Below, in pieces: positions 1 through 14,020 of a DNA stretch of 64,000 nucleotides. Under the pieces are notes generated by a model. It was not told the origin of the DNA. It searched no databases and saw only the letters and a list, made by a program, of their open reading frames with translations. Numbering within the stretch: position 1 is the stretch's first letter; each line of letters starts with the position of its first letter. The stretch is from Felis catus. Its lineage: Eukaryota. The translations under genes and the position numbers were made by a program. The stretch covers positions 63,056,001 to 63,120,000 of the forward strand of contig NC_058368.1 of assembly GCF_018350175.1 (NCBI RefSeq), given 5' to 3'.

Positions 1-99
1 TCATTTGGCATACTCCTAAGGATCTGTCACATTGATGTGATATATGAGAATGAGTGGAGACACCTAAGAATGAAACCTTCTGGTACTGAAATTACCTGT

Positions 100-1270
100 A
101 AGAATTCTTGGTATCTGATGGCCTGTGCATTTTTAGGAAATGAAAATTGAGGGTTGAACTGTGGTTTAGGGTTTTGGCTGCTGGCTACCCCTTACTGTCT
201 AAAGAGGAATGGGCTTTTAAGTGTACATGTTTGAAGTTGTTAATTTTTAGTTAGAGGATTCCTGTGAGTATTCAGGATAATCCTCTTAGGTCTTTGCTAA
301 CCCTTGCTTATACTGTGCAACTGTACTGATTCTAAGCAAGTACAGACTATATAGAAAATTCTAGGAGGATGGGAGATTTATAGAACACAAGTATTCTAAC
401 CCAATAACAGCAAGAGCCTCTGATTGATAATCTTATATGGAAATAATAAATTTGTATCTGTTCCTGGATATTTCAGTGGGACCAGAAAAGAATAGTGTAT
501 TGTTGAGGAGAATCTCTTAGGTGTGATTCGCTGGGCTACTCATTATGTCCTCTCGGCATTTGGGATCCCTGCTCCTGTTGCTCCCCATTAAGAAACTCAT
601 TTCACCACCACTGATGTTCAGACTGTGCTCTTAGAACTGCAGTTTCACTTCTGATTTTATCTTTAGGCAGGGGAAGTAACAGAGATTGATGGTGTTTTAA
701 AGGAGCAAATATGTGAAAATATTCTTAACTTCAACTTATGGACATTTCCTAACCAACAAGAACCCAGTTAAAAACTGATTGGAGCCAAAATTAAAGAGGA
801 CCTTAATTTCATTGGGACTTCATGACAGTCACTAACACAAAGGAATTTTTTTGGCTATTGTAACACTAATTCTAAGTTGTTTGGTTTTTTGTATGGTACT
901 TTATTCCGGTTGCTGCCAAGGACTCTATGATCCTGTACTGCTCTGGCCCGTCTAAGGGAATAATAGATGCAAGAGAAATGGCAATAGTAGTCTCATGTAT
1001 TGTACCAAAACAGTGGGTCAAAGTGATTACAAAGAAGGAACGAAATGGATAGCACAGGAGGGCAAGGGCAGTATTGGTTACATTCTTTGACGAGTTTATT
1101 ACATTCTTGGATGGGTAGCCCTACTGAAATCCATCAGGTATTACCCATGTGATCAGTTATCATCGGGACACCCTGATTATATTGGCTCTGAGTGAGGCTT
1201 TTCATCACCATCCTGAGGTGAATGACAGCTGTGAAGCATTCATGGTATTTGGCCCCACAAGTGAATACTG
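100..1270 (+). mobile_element. Highly decayed LTR-retroelement internal pol relic (RNase H + integrase core, possible integrase C-terminus)
   Basis: Manual translation gives pol motifs in the correct order: LVSDG (108-122), AAGYP (177-191), IPVSIQ..RSLLTLA (258-308), TDSK..GWEIYRTQVF (325-396), GNNKFVSVPGYFSG (439-480), AFGIPAPVAPH*ETHFTTTDVQ..FYL*AGEVTEIDGVLKEQI (556-711). Stops and frameshifts throughout; boundaries approximate. Confidence 0.7.
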
Positions 1271-1633
1271 ACATCAAATCTCAAGAAATGGCCTGGAGAG
1301 ATTATACCAAATAACCAGAACTCCATAAACTGAAGTGTGAGGTGAACTCACCCACATCTCCTTTACTAGTTAAAAAGAGGTTTGCTTGTATGTGAGGAAA
1401 AAAACCAAATAACTAGTAAGTGATCTAGCTGTTGAACAAGATGGAGGGTTTCTTTGTTTTTGTTTTTTTTTTTTTTTTGTTTTTGTTTTTTTTGTTTTTC
1501 CTAACAAAATCTGTTGGGGCTTTTTGGTCCTGGAATGGCATGGTCTCTGTTTTACAAAATAATCAGGAAAACTATTCTTCCAGTTCATTGTTCTGCCATT
1601 CTAAAGGTGATAGCTCTTGTCCTCAAGATCCAT

Positions 1634-1982
1634 TGTCTTAGTCTGCTCAGGCTTTCATAACAAAATACTGTAGACTGGGTGGCTTAAACAACAGAAATTT
1701 ATTTTCTCATAGTTCTTTAGGAGAATGCTAAAATGGACAGGTTCTGGTGAGGGCTCTCTTGCTGACTTGCAAGTGACCATCTTCTCACTGTCCTCTTACC
1801 TGGTGGTGAGAGAGAGAGAGAAATCTCTTGGTTCTCCTCTTATAAGGGCACTAATCCAGTCATGAAGACCCCACCCTCATGATCTCATCAGATCCAATTA
1901 CCTTCTAAAGGCCTTGTCTCCAAGTATCACACTGGGGTTTAGAGCTTAAACTGAATTTCAGGAGACACATTCAGCCATAGCA
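1634..1982 (-). mobile_element. MLT1A-type solo LTR (ERVL-MaLR)
   Basis: TGTCTTAGTC...ATAGCA termini; diagnostic 'gactgggtggcttaaacaacagaaatttattt', 'cttataagggcactaatcc'. Confidence 0.85.
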
Positions 1983-2208
1983 GGATTATAGCCCCTGATC
2001 TGGGTGACCACAGTTTCAGGTAAAAAAAATAATATTATACAGAGAATCGAATATTGAGGGACATCTTATAGTGTTAGGAGTTGAAAAGTGAGCTACACTA
2101 ATTCTGGGAACACTGGCTTCCAAACACCAGATGTTTGAAGTTCTGTTACAGCTATGGCCTGTTCTAAGAGTTGGCTCCCCAACTCTTAGTGTCAAGGGTT
2201 CCCCAGCA

Positions 2209-2416
2209 TAGGGGTTAGTAAACTATGGCCTGTGGCCAGATCTGTCACATTGCCTAATTTTGTAAATATAGTTTTATTGGAATAGACTCCTGCTTATTTG
2301 TTTGCTTATTGTCCAATGGCTGTTCTATAGCAGCAGAATTGAGTAGTTTGGCTAATAACCTTATGGCCTACAAAGCCAGGAATATTGCCTTTTACAGAAA
2401 GATTTGCCTACCACTT
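2209..2416 (+). mobile_element. MER58A-like hAT-Charlie DNA transposon fossil
   Basis: 'ggggttagtaaactatggcc...tttgtaaatatagttttattggaa...tttacagaaagatttgcc' follows the MER58 consensus. Confidence 0.8.
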
Positions 2417-3840
2417 CTCTAAAGTTTCCATAAACTCACTTTATGGGTTTGTGAAAACTGAAATGACAAATAGAATGATATATATAGGGGTCCTTATCGT
2501 GGACTAGAGCCAAAATGTTTACCGACTTTTCAACATATATGTGATTTGAAAATGTTCATAAACTCTCTATAAACCTCGAGTGGGAATCTTGGTATAAGAT
2601 TTGCTTAAAGGAACATGTTGATAGGTCCGTAAAATGCCAACTAGTGTGTGAGTTGACCAAGTATTTGGAGTCCTTTAGATTAGTACCATGAAAGTAACGG
2701 TTATAAAACCAGTTAGTTAGAATGCCTTGTGAAACATCAATAGAATTTGGACTTGATACAGACATTTTACACCTTTGTAAAATTATTTTTAAATATTGAC
2801 ATTTGGAGATTAACTAAAGCTACAAGAAAACTCATTAGCAACTCGAAGTCTGTGAACATAATCCACTGTTTTGGGTCCCTTCACCAGTTCAAATGTTCGT
2901 TGAAAAAGATCATGATGCCATAAAAATACTACTTTTCTTTATAGCTATGATTGTTTTAAATATGAATATCTCTAATCTTTTCTTTTCAATTAAAAAAACT
3001 TCATTCACTAGACTTTATGCTTGAATTTTAGATGGTTTCCTTTCTCAGCTCGAGATTTATAAGGCTATTTTCTTCTTTAAGAAGTAGATTAAACTATTGA
3101 AATGAGAGCTGTCAATACTGCTACTCCTTAGAAAATGTGTCCAGTAGCCTGGTTATTTCAAAGTAACATCAGTTTGCTCTGTCTTATAAAGGCGTGTAGC
3201 ATGATAACCTTAAAGTTCAAGAAAGAGAGGTAACACAAGGTCAAGGTTACATTTTTTAATTATATAAGCCTTTTTAAGTTTATTTTAGGTTGGCACGAAG
3301 AAAGGCATTAATGGGTCAGAAAGATTATATCTCTGCCTGCTAAGCATCTAAAGATCATTTACATAAAACTCACATTAAAATTTATCATTTCTGGATTGTA
3401 GGCCAATCTTTCATTTTTATACAACAATCTCTTAACACCTTGGATTTGCATATCTTACAACAGTGTTTTTAAAAGTGGTTTCACATCTATTAATTCACAG
3501 CCACCCTGTGAGTATGGCAATTATGCTCTTTTTATGGATTAAAATTTTGAGGTTGAGAGAAGTTAGGTCTGTGATAGAGAAAACCTGACTTGATTGAATT
3601 AACATCTCCAGTTTTGTGCTATTTTTTCTAAACTACACTCCTAAAAATACCTCTACCTTTTGTACACCAAGAGCAAAGGAGTGCTCACATACTGAACAAA
3701 TGCATGCAGTTATCAACATTAAGAAACAGAAAATATACTTAAGGATCACAGGTTCAACCTATACACATAGCAAGTTTAGCTTTATTGAAAGAGAAGACAT
3801 TGAACTTCAGGTTTCTCAGCATTAAAATGCTCCAGTTCTC

Positions 3841-4021
3841 AGGGTGCCTGTGTGGTTCAGTTGGTTGAGCGTCCAACTTTAGCTCAGGTCATGATCTCGC
3901 GGTCTGTGAGTTCTAGCCCGCGTCAGGCTCTGTGCTGACAGCTCAGAGCCTGGAGCCTGCTTCGGATTCGTGACTCCCTCTCTCTCTGCCCCTCCCCCGC
4001 TCATGCTCGCTCGTGCGAGCG

Positions 4022-4062
<41 letters not shown>

Positions 4063-4077
4063 AAAAAAAAAAAAAAA
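3841..4077 (+). mobile_element. SINEC (SINEC_Fc2-type)
   Basis: tRNA-like head, (CT)n tract, poly(A); TSD core tgctccagtt on both sides. Confidence 0.95.
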
Positions 4078-6544
4078 GTGCTCCAGTTTTTAAACTGACA
4101 CAGATAACATAGGATATTTTAGTCATTGCATGGATATTTTGACATATGGACATTTTAAGTTTATATACTTCTCATTAACCATAGAGGAGCATCTCACTCC
4201 ACTCTTCTGTGTCCCTTTGTCCAAGCATTACCATTGATGGAGAGAGGAAGGAAGGAGAGTGAAGGTTGCCAGAAAAGAAAGTTATTGCCACAGAATCACA
4301 GGGATGAATATTTAAATCAGATCAAGGTGAACATAGGTTTTCTTTTGAATAGTTAAGTTACAAGGATTTTGTTTATATGGGGTCATGTTCTGCTTTCCAT
4401 TTAAATTTAATAGGTATAGGAACTAGCTCCTCTATGTGTATTGGGCCAAATGGTCAATTACATATTTTGAACCTCTGAGGATTATAGAAACTTGATGCTA
4501 TTTTCAGTAATGTGAACAATTCTGGCTCCAGTCTGAGTATAGATAAATCAAAAGTCAGTTCTATTCCATTTTCTCTTAGCATTTTAGTCTACATAATCAC
4601 TATTTGTACCTATTAAGCCAATAACCAAAAATAATTCAGCTATTTGGTCTTCTGAATAATTGAAAGATGTGTCAACTAATTAAGCTGTTTGAAGATACAG
4701 TTGTAATTAAAACAATATGTACTGAGGGGGTAATGTCTTAGTATTTGTTTTTTAGGACACCTGTGAAGTTACTGTAAATGTGCACCACAATAGGATTCAG
4801 CATAATAACAATGTTAGAATTTACAAAATGTCATCAAATGCTTGTGGCCCACTTCTACAAAAAATATGAATAATTCACAATACTATATATAGAATTAGAT
4901 GTTGCTGCCCTGATTCCATTTAAATAAATGTGTTTATAAGTCACCAATTTCATTTTCCTCTACTTATACGTGGTGACCTTTCACTTATAAGCTGAAAAGC
5001 AATCAACTCTGAGTACAGCATGAGGTAAAGGAAATTTAAATATTTATAGTAAACATTTGATGGCATGTGCATTAATAATTCCAAACACGTTGTGTAGAGA
5101 AAAAATACGTACCAAGTTTATTCACTACACAAATATTTGTTGAGAAGTCACCATGTGCCTATTGAAGCATGTTGCACGGTTCCAATGAAAATTAGTAAAA
5201 TATACAGATGTGGGCAATACAATAATATTCAATACATTTATACATTTTTCCTAACTTTTTAAACTCAGAATGATACTGCTAATATGAGTGATTCTTCCAA
5301 ATTTCTACCTATTGGTATGTTCCACACAGTTAGCCAAGGTATTCATCATGATGATTTGATGGGACCTATACTGAAATACGGAGGTAATAATGAAAACAGT
5401 GTTAAAAGCCAAAAGGAGATGGCTTATACCTGCTTATATCAAATGTGTGTTCTACTCTCCTTTACTTGAAAATTCATCTCAACCCCTGCTCCCATTACCT
5501 TGATATCTGAATTCATTTGGGGACTGTCAGTACTCTTTATAGAGCTCTGCAGCTTTGTTTATACATCTGTATAGGACCTATTTCACTGTGTCTTGTGTGT
5601 TTGCATGACCGTTGTCTGCTCACATGATACCATTGAGATATGCCTTTATTCCATTGATTCCTACAGTGTTTGAGCAATATTTTGTTCATTTTGGGTGTTG
5701 ACTCACTAGTTGGAAAATGAACCGGTCACACCACTCATTTTTACAAAAGCCTATGGTGATTCTCCATTACCAACTGCATTTGATTTATCTAAGCCCAACA
5801 GCTCTTAACAGCCTGGCCCCAGACAAATTGTCAAATGTCTTCACAGCCATTCTACTCACAGTGAACACCTCTGTCATCCTGCTCTTTTCCATTCTGCTTT
5901 ATTCAAGCTGTTGTAGTCTCTCTTAAATATCTACTTTCCTTTTCCTTTGGCCAATTTTTTAAAATTCAGGTCCTACGTCCATTGCCCTCCTCTTCTTATC
6001 CTGTGCTAAACATTTCTTCCTCTACTTATTTGCATAGCATTTATTTCTACCTTGTAAGGTCAAATGGAATTTGGAGTTAAACCTGATTTGCTATGAACAC
6101 AATTCTATGCAGAGAGCTTACTTTTCTCGCTTAAAGTAGGTTTTTGTCTTTTAATTGAAAAAGACCCATGACCCAAAGTAAGTCTCTTAACATTTACATG
6201 TCTCTGGTCAAGCAGAGTGAAGAGCACAACTCTGGATTTCAGATGGTTACTTAGATCCCATTACCTTTTCTCCCTAGTTATGAATTGAATAAGCTACAAT
6301 AATATTCGAGTTAGTTTCCTTATTTGCTAATCATCTCTACACCACAGGATTACAGTGAAAATTCTACACCTTAAATATATACAATTTTTGTCATTCAACA
6401 ACACTGAAAAAGTATTGAAGTCTCAACTTCAGTATTGGCAGCAACTAAACAAGTATACAACAACTCTTAGGTTTTATTACACCAAAAGTGATGTTTTTTT
6501 GAGCCACAACATACCTCATCTCTCCTGTTCAGTATATAAACTTG

Positions 6545-6725
6545 CTTTAAGGTCAATTTTAGAGTCAGACCGCCTGGACACAGATTGCAACTCTGCCCTT
6601 GAAGCCTTGAGCAATTTAACTTCTGTGTGCCTTAAATATTTTAGAGTTGAGAGGATTAAAACTAATATGTAGAAACCCCCTGGAACAGTCCCAAATACAA
6701 ATATGCAGTATGTATTAGTTATTGT
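6545..6725 (+). mobile_element. MIR relic
   Basis: 'agagtcagaccgcctgg..ctctgcc..ccttgagcaatttaacttctgtgtgcct..gttgagaggattaaa' core MIR pattern. Confidence 0.55.
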
Positions 6726-6779
6726 AATTATTGTATACCTTAAAATAGGATCACCTTATTTACTACAGTAATAATTTCT

Positions 6780-7000
6780 TTTTTTTAAATTTTTTTTCAA
6801 CGTTTATTTATTTTTGGGACAGAGAGAGACAGAGCATGAACGGGCGAGGGGCAGAGAGAGAGGGAGACACAGAATTGGAAACAGGCTCCAGGCTCTGAGC
6901 CATCAGCCCAGAGCCCGACGCGGGGCTCGAACTCACAGACCGTGAGATCGTGACCTGGCTGAAGTCGGACCCTTAACCGACTGCGCCACCCAGGCGCCCC
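6780..7000 (-). mobile_element. SINEC_Fc (young felid SINE)
   Basis: Near-consensus, CpG-rich; perfect 18-bp TSD actacagtaataatttct (6762-6779 / 7001-7018). Confidence 0.97.
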
Positions 7001-7483
7001 ACTACAGTAATAATTTCTATGTGCAATTTTAAAGACTAGCAACTCAAGATAATTTAACAAAAAAATAAAAAGGATATTCCTGAAACTGGGAAAGGTAATA
7101 GGGAGATCACAGGGTCAAAGTGCCTTGGCCTAAGTATTCAGTTTAATGCCACTATGATATAGTAAGTATCATCTTTCATGAGCTTTAAAAAAATTATTAT
7201 ATATTGTCTTTATTTTTACCTGTTGTGGTTAAATCTTCAAATGTCAGGGAATGTATATGAGTCAAACATACTTTATTGTGACCAAAGATGGAAAATTTAA
7301 GTTTTTTTTCCCTTTCATTTTCCATGTGTCAATACCAGAGAAGAATTCACATGCCCACTGTTTGGATTAATCATTTTTTGTTGGAGAATGGAATAATCAG
7401 ATTGTCCATATCTGACCATTGTGCTGAGTTCTCTTATTTGCAGTCTTTCCAGAACTGTGTAATATACAAGATGGGTGCTTTTA

Positions 7484-7686
7484 TTTATTTTTTAACTTTA
7501 TTTTGAGAGAGCGTTCACATGTGTGTGAATAGGTGAGGGGCAGAGAGAGGGTAAGAGAATCTCAAGCAGACATCATGCTGTCAGTCTGGAGTAAAACATG
7601 GGACTCAGTCTCACAAACTATGAGATCATGACCTGAGCTAAAATCAACAGTCTGACACTTAACCAAGTGAGCCACCCAGGCACCCC
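7484..7686 (-). mobile_element. Older SINEC subfamily
   Basis: Diverged SINEC; 17-bp TSD caagatg(g/a)gtgctttta. Confidence 0.9.
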
Positions 7687-10600
7687 CAAGATGAGTGCTT
7701 TTAACCAAAGATAAAGGGATTCTTTTTAGGCAAAAAAAAAAAACCTGTTTACATCTACTTCCTAGAATAGAGAACCCCCTGTAATGGAGAGAGAACAATG
7801 CCAACTTCATGACGAAGGTAGGAAGAACCTGTCACCACACTTTATGAAAGGCACATAATTTCTCAAAGCTAAGCCAGAGAAGTTATTGCTCAAGAGCTAG
7901 TGGGTTAGGATTAAAGTATAGTAATTTCTGAGAGCATGTGCTGATGGGGGTTATGCCAAGGAGAAGCCAGTAAGCAACTAAAGTGTTAGTGGTGTTAGGG
8001 CAAGGCAATGAAATACTGAAGAAAATTCATGGAGACTTCAGAATTTGATCAATTGCTAATCATGTTTGCCTCATTCTGGTGAAATGTATAAATATACAGT
8101 TCCACATTGTCTGGATATATGTGATAAATTTTATGATCACATTTTCACTCTAGAAGGAACTGCACATGGATGATATTCCCCAAATTAAAGAACATTGAAT
8201 CTAAAGAATACCCCAGCTAGGGCTTAAATATGCCATACGGAGAAAGATGCAAAATACTCAACGGATTTTACATCAATATGAAGGAACTAATCCTAAAAGA
8301 AATGTTTCAGCAGAACAGTGGACTCTTTTATTTATTTTTTAATGATAGTAGATAATATGCCATTACACTTCTTAAGACAGGCATTCAGTAAATGTTTGTT
8401 GATAAGGGGAATTTATTTCGTTTGACTCTGAATATAGACAGAGCAATTGAAAAATAGAATCTGATAACAGTAATAGATAGGGGGTACATCTGTAGAAATT
8501 TTGCTACATCCCAACTACTGCGGAAAGTAATTTATTCTGCTGGAAGCATATCACAGAAAACCAAAGGAAGTCTGATGTAACCTAGGTTGCAACTCCCTGA
8601 GAACATTTATTTGCTACAGTAATTATCTCTGATTAGGAAAATAATGATAAGAGTCCCCACGTTCTTATCAAAGATTCATGTTGACAGCTCTCCCAGTGGA
8701 AATGGTTATGATGGTGTTAAAATTATGACCGTTACTATGGACAGTGTGGCTATGCTTTATTTTAGAAAACAGAGTCAAGACTGTAAGAGAGGAATTATTC
8801 TATCAACCTCTTCCCGGGGATCTAATAACAAGAAATTAGTATAGGTGCCAAAGATTGTTGGTAGTTGACTAGTGGTTTTGGCTGCAGATCCTGGGCAGTT
8901 GCAGCCATCTGTTCCTCCAAAATTGTTTTTAAAAAGATATATAAAACAATTAGCAAGTTGGAATTCTATAGACTAAGCCAAGAAAATGCAATTCAGTTGA
9001 ATTTGGTACAAAATAAGGGTTCATTTTAGATAAAAGAGGGAATAAAATGGAATTTGTTAGAAGCTGCTGGAGGTCAAAACAAACTACCATGATTCGATGG
9101 TGGACAAATTGGAAAGAGAGGTGGTCTTTGACAAGTCAAACTATGTAGGTGGTGAAAGATGATACAAATTGAACAAGGAAGGGCAATAAAAAGGACAAAG
9201 TTATAGATGGAAACAGGGCACTCTCTGTAGTATTCATAGTGTGTTCCTCATAACACATTATTCAGTAATGTCACTCATGAGTCATACTTAATGCTAAATA
9301 GGGAGATAAAAACATCAAAAACAAGCTACTAAAATTCACTCAATGTGCAAGCAAAATATCAACTTAAGTCTATTGGACAGAGCTCACATGGAGGCTAATA
9401 CTAATTGTATGTCATACAATACTTTGGATAATGCTCTGTTAGGTGAATGCTAAAGAAAAGTCTTGAGGGTATAATAAACACCTTAAAACAATGTAAAAGG
9501 GAAAAAGCATGAGAGAGAATAGCTATCCAACAAATGCACGGATGCCACTGTTAAACAAAAGCCTGTAAGACAACCAAATGGAGAGTTAAACCCAGTACAT
9601 CAAGAATCAAGGTCTTTGCAATTATACAGTATGGAATGGACAGTTGGCTTATCAGGTTTCTCAGCCACTATAATATATGTAAAAATGGCACCACTGTAGC
9701 TCTCTTTGTAAATAATATTTAGGTACAGAAGTTCTGACCTTGAAAGATTTACTTTCTTGAATGCAAATCAAAATGGATGTAAAGTCGTATCTCTAATAGA
9801 GCTCAAAGAAGACAAGATCTGGTTTAACCGTATGTTATTAGTACAGTGTGAAGTATGGAAATAATAGATTTCTCTTACATGTTTATATGGATAATTATAT
9901 TAGACACAATTGAAATACTCCTTGATACACCATTTTCTCCCTGTTCTTCTCAGGAAAGTCTCAATTAACATTAAATTAACAATATTTTTCATTGGTAGTA
10001 GCTGGTGACCTCAATTGGCCAAATTAATTCTTGCCTTTTAAATATCTGTATCAAACAACTAAAAGCTTTTCAAGATCAGCATTTATAAATTTCTGCTTAT
10101 TCTACATCTAGACCTAAATACCACATATTGAAAACATACGCTAAATTTTTTTGGATAGTATAGGTCTAAATTATAACTATGTTTTTAAAATAAGTTTTAT
10201 GTTATGATAAAATCTCTTGGATGGGATATCGAATGGTGTTTTCAAAATTTTATCTTGCATATTTCATCCACTTACAACCATATTGATTCATTAGAATGAT
10301 TAATCCTTAAAGTTCATACAATAATCACCTTTCTTCTGGTAAAAGTCACACTTGAAGAGACTGAGCCAAATTAGATAATGAAACGAATTATTTTCAGTTC
10401 AAATGTTTTAGATTTCATTTTTTCTGAACACACATATATGTTTTTAATCTAAGATGGAGGAAAAATATAGCAAATTGTTACAGAATAATTACCTTAAAAT
10501 CATATTTAATAAGAATCCAAGATTTCCTTGTCAATTCCATGTTTGGGATAAATATTTTATATAGTTTATTTCCTATTCTTTAAGCTTGTTCTTACATTTT

Positions 10601-11133
10601 AGCCTGAGCATATCACAGCAATTTTGCCAAAAAAACAAAACAAAACAAAAAAAAACCTCAGTTAAGAGCTTGACCAAGACGATTTAAGAAATAATTAAAA
10701 TTTTATAGTTTTGGTGGCCTAAATATATTAAGACTCTTTGCTTTGTCCCAAGTGTATTTAGTAGTCATCCTATGTCGCAACCAAAAAAGTGCTCCTAAGA
10801 AGAATTACTAAGTTATTTCTGTTCAATCTTCTTACTACTATTAGATTGTGAATTATTAGTTGATGACTACTTTATTCTATCAAAAAGTATTCTTTTCCTA
10901 GCAAGATTCTTTGAATATCCTTGACTTCCTTATGATGTATTTGAGATGAAATGACCAATTATATTGCATAAAATAAAAATCTGATTCATGTTTGGAGAGA
11001 TTTTGGCATTAACAGGCATCACAGTTAAAATTGAATATAGAAAAAGCTTGAATATGAAATTAAACCTGAGCATATAAACCAGCAAAGACACAAAAATCAT
11101 TTCATTGGCTCTAGTTTTGAAACTTCCAAAGTT

Positions 11134-11349
11134 GGGGCGCCTGGGTGGTGCAGTCGGTTAAGCGTCCGACTTCAGCCAGGTCACGATCTCGCGGTCCGGG
11201 AGTTGAGCCCCGCGTCAGGCTCTGGGCTGATGGCTCGGAGCCTGGAGGCTGTTTCTGATTCTGTGTCTCCCTCTCTCTCTGCCCCTCCCCCGTTCATGCT
11301 CTGTCTCTCTCCCAAAAATAAATAAACGTTGAAAAAAAAATTAAAAAAA
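11134..11349 (+). mobile_element. SINEC_Fc (young felid SINE)
   Basis: ggggcgcctgggtgg..cagccaggtcacgatctc head; TSD aaacttccaaagt (11120-11132 / 11350-11362). Confidence 0.97.
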
Positions 11350-11369
11350 AAACTTCCAAAGTAACCTAA

Positions 11370-11946
11370 TTTTCTCCATTTTCACATCTACCACTCTAGA
11401 CCAAACCAGCCCACCAACACCTTCGTAGTTTTCTTAGACAAATTGCATCCCTAACACTTAGAATAAAAACCAAGGTATTCACTATGAACTACAAGGAAAT
11501 CCTACATATTTTGGGCTCTGTCTACCACTGATCTCATTTCTTATCACTTTTACCTTCCCTACTATATTTGCACAAATGCTTGCTTTCTGTTTACCAAGAC
11601 GCTCACCCCTTCCAAGTTCTTTGTACCAGTGCTTCTCATCTCAGAATGTTCTTCATCCCTAAAGCTGCCAGCCTCTCTTCATCTGTCAAATGTCAGTTTC
11701 AAAATCACCTTCTTAGAGGGCATTTTGCCGATCCCGCTTATCTAATGTTACCAGTTGCCAGATTGTTATCTATCACGTGGCTCTGCGTATTTCTTAAGAG
11801 TATTTAACAATCTCTAAAATTATTTAATTTCTTGTTCGTTAAGGAGAGGAGGGGTTTTGTCTGTCTTGTCCACTGTTTTATCTCTAGTTGCTGGTACCGT
11901 GTCTGGCACATAGAAAGTGCTCGGTATATATTTGTCGAGTAAATCA
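11370..11946 (+). mobile_element. L2 3' end relic
   Basis: 'acttagaataaaaaccaa', 'atcaccttcttagaggg', terminal 'gtctggcacatagaaagtgctcggtatatatttgtcgagtaaat'. Confidence 0.75.
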
Positions 11947-12125
11947 TTTAACATAGCAAATCAAACTGGGATTCACAGTGAGGTTCAAGAGAAACTATAC
12001 AATCGGATTCTTAAAAGAGCACTGAGAATATTTTTAAAGGAGAATAATGAAGATTCAAGGTGCAGGACAGCAGCCTTTCAGTGTCTCATGAATGTATAAA
12101 GAGAGTAATGAAAAATGTCAAGAAA

Positions 12126-12617
12126 TGAGGAGACCATGCTTCATGGGTTGTGTGTATTTCTGCACTCCTCATGGAAGCTTTCCTTTCTGGATTATCTTTT
12201 CAAATATTCATAGGAACAGCCTTGGAAGATAGAGAAAATATTTCCTTATGGGACCAAAGGCAGATTTGTTTGCTGTCTAACATAATAAAGACATCTCCCT
12301 CCAAGTCAAAAGCTGGACAGATTTGCTAGATATTTCCTAAGACTGGAAATTGCTTCACCTCAGGATGCCTCAGCTGTGGCACAAACCCACTGTGTATGCA
12401 ACGTCTGTCTGGGCTCCTTCATTGCCCCCATGGACTTGTAGGGGAAAGAGAACTGATGTGAACATGAAGCTCATGCTTCCTATGGGCCGTGAGTGATAAA
12501 GTCCATTGTCTCTGACAGGGGAGTCTCCTGTCTTCTGCCAGCATGTATAAAACTACACAAGCTAACTTGTTAGTTTGTAAGCTGGGTAAGCATTCAGACC
12601 CTTCACAGTTTTTGACA
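12126..12617 (+). mobile_element. ERVL-class solo LTR (LTR40-like)
   Basis: TG...CA ends; 'aacagccttggaagatagaga', 'gctaacttgttag..cagacccttcacagtttttgaca' match the remembered LTR40a consensus. Confidence 0.75.
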
Positions 12618-12661
12618 CAATGATACCGTAAGCTGATGTGTTCTTTTAAAAAGTGACCATA

Positions 12662-12880
12662 GGGGCGCCTGGGTGGCGCAGTCGGTTAAGCGTCTGACTT
12701 CAGCCAGGTCACGATCTCGCGGTCCGTGAGTTCGAGCCCCGCGTCAGGCTCTGGGCTGATGGCTCAGAGCCTGGAGCCTGTTTCAGATTCTGTGTCTCCC
12801 TCTCTCTCTGCCCCTCCCCCATTCATGCTCTGTCTCTCTCTGTCCCAAAAATAAATAAATAAACGTTGAAAAAAAAAAAA
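12662..12880 (+). mobile_element. SINEC_Fc (young felid SINE)
   Basis: Near-consensus; TSD agtgaccata. Confidence 0.97.
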
Positions 12881-13150
12881 GAGTGACCATATATTCAAAC
12901 CCAGTGGAAATTACCATTAAAAGTGCCGCAAATGGAATGATTTTTTTTTAAAATACATGTGTGGGTTATATATTCCCCACATACTAAATCAAGTCAGCAG
13001 TGATGGCTCCCCCCTCTCCCATGGTCTGCTGCTAATCTGGGTTTTAATAGCTCTATCGATTTCCAAATCCATACTGGAATTACTGCAGAGCAGGCCCCCT
13101 CTCTCCTACTTTTTAGGAGATTGCAATTTGCTTTTAAAAATCCACAAAGG

Positions 13151-13339
13151 GTGGCACCTGTATGGCTCAGTTGGTTGAGATTCCAACTTGATTTTGGCTC
13201 AGGTCATGATCCCAGGGTTGTGGGATCAAGCCCCATGTCGGGCTCCATGCTAAGCATGGATTCTCTCTCCCTCTCTCTCTGTCCCTTTTCCCTTCTTGCT
13301 TGCACATTCTTTCTCTCTCTAAAATAAATAAATACATAT
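13151..13339 (+). mobile_element. Older SINEC subfamily
   Basis: SINEC head and CT tract; TSD atccacaaagg. Confidence 0.9.
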
Positions 13340-14020
13340 ATCCACAAAGGATTCTTAGGAGAACTAAATGTCTCCATTTTTATAAATCTTTGAGACCATG
13401 CCTAGAGCATTACAGTGATTTGTAATTTAAAAGAAATCACAAAATTATTTTTTTCAAGAAACACTGGGTTTGAAAAGAGAATGGAAGTTGTGCAATTACT
13501 AGGCTTTCTGGAGAAGACACGAGATCTTGCATTCATTTAACAAATACTGTCTACGAAGTATGTATTTATGTCACGCAGCTTTTCTTTCTATATAGAAATA
13601 TAAATATGATCTAATCTTAAAACGAGTCTTCCTTTCAGACAACAGAGGTTTTTTTGTTTTGTTTTGTTTTTTGTTTTTTTTTTTTTAACAGCTACTCTGG
13701 GCCAGGCATCGTTCTAGATACTGGCCACTTGCCGGCGTGTAAAACAGACACATTTCTGCCCTCTGGCACTTAAATTCTAGTGAAGTAATTATATACAGGG
13801 AGGGTTGCAAGGGAGGGGGAGGTGATAGGGGTCCCAGATAACAAGTAAATATGTAAAAAAACTTGGATTGCAAAAGAGTGGTAAGTGACAGGAAACACTG
13901 GGATGAGCTTTATATTGGCCAATCAAGGACGCGTCACTGAGGTTCACCATCTGATGAGATACACGTCCTAATCAGTGTGCCCACTACATTGTCTGAGTCA
14001 CAGGACGACTTTCCAATTCA

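Noticed and set aside
8880..9230. Possible RTE-class LINE relic (also 53400-53960 on the minus strand)
   Set aside because: Similarity too faint to support by eye
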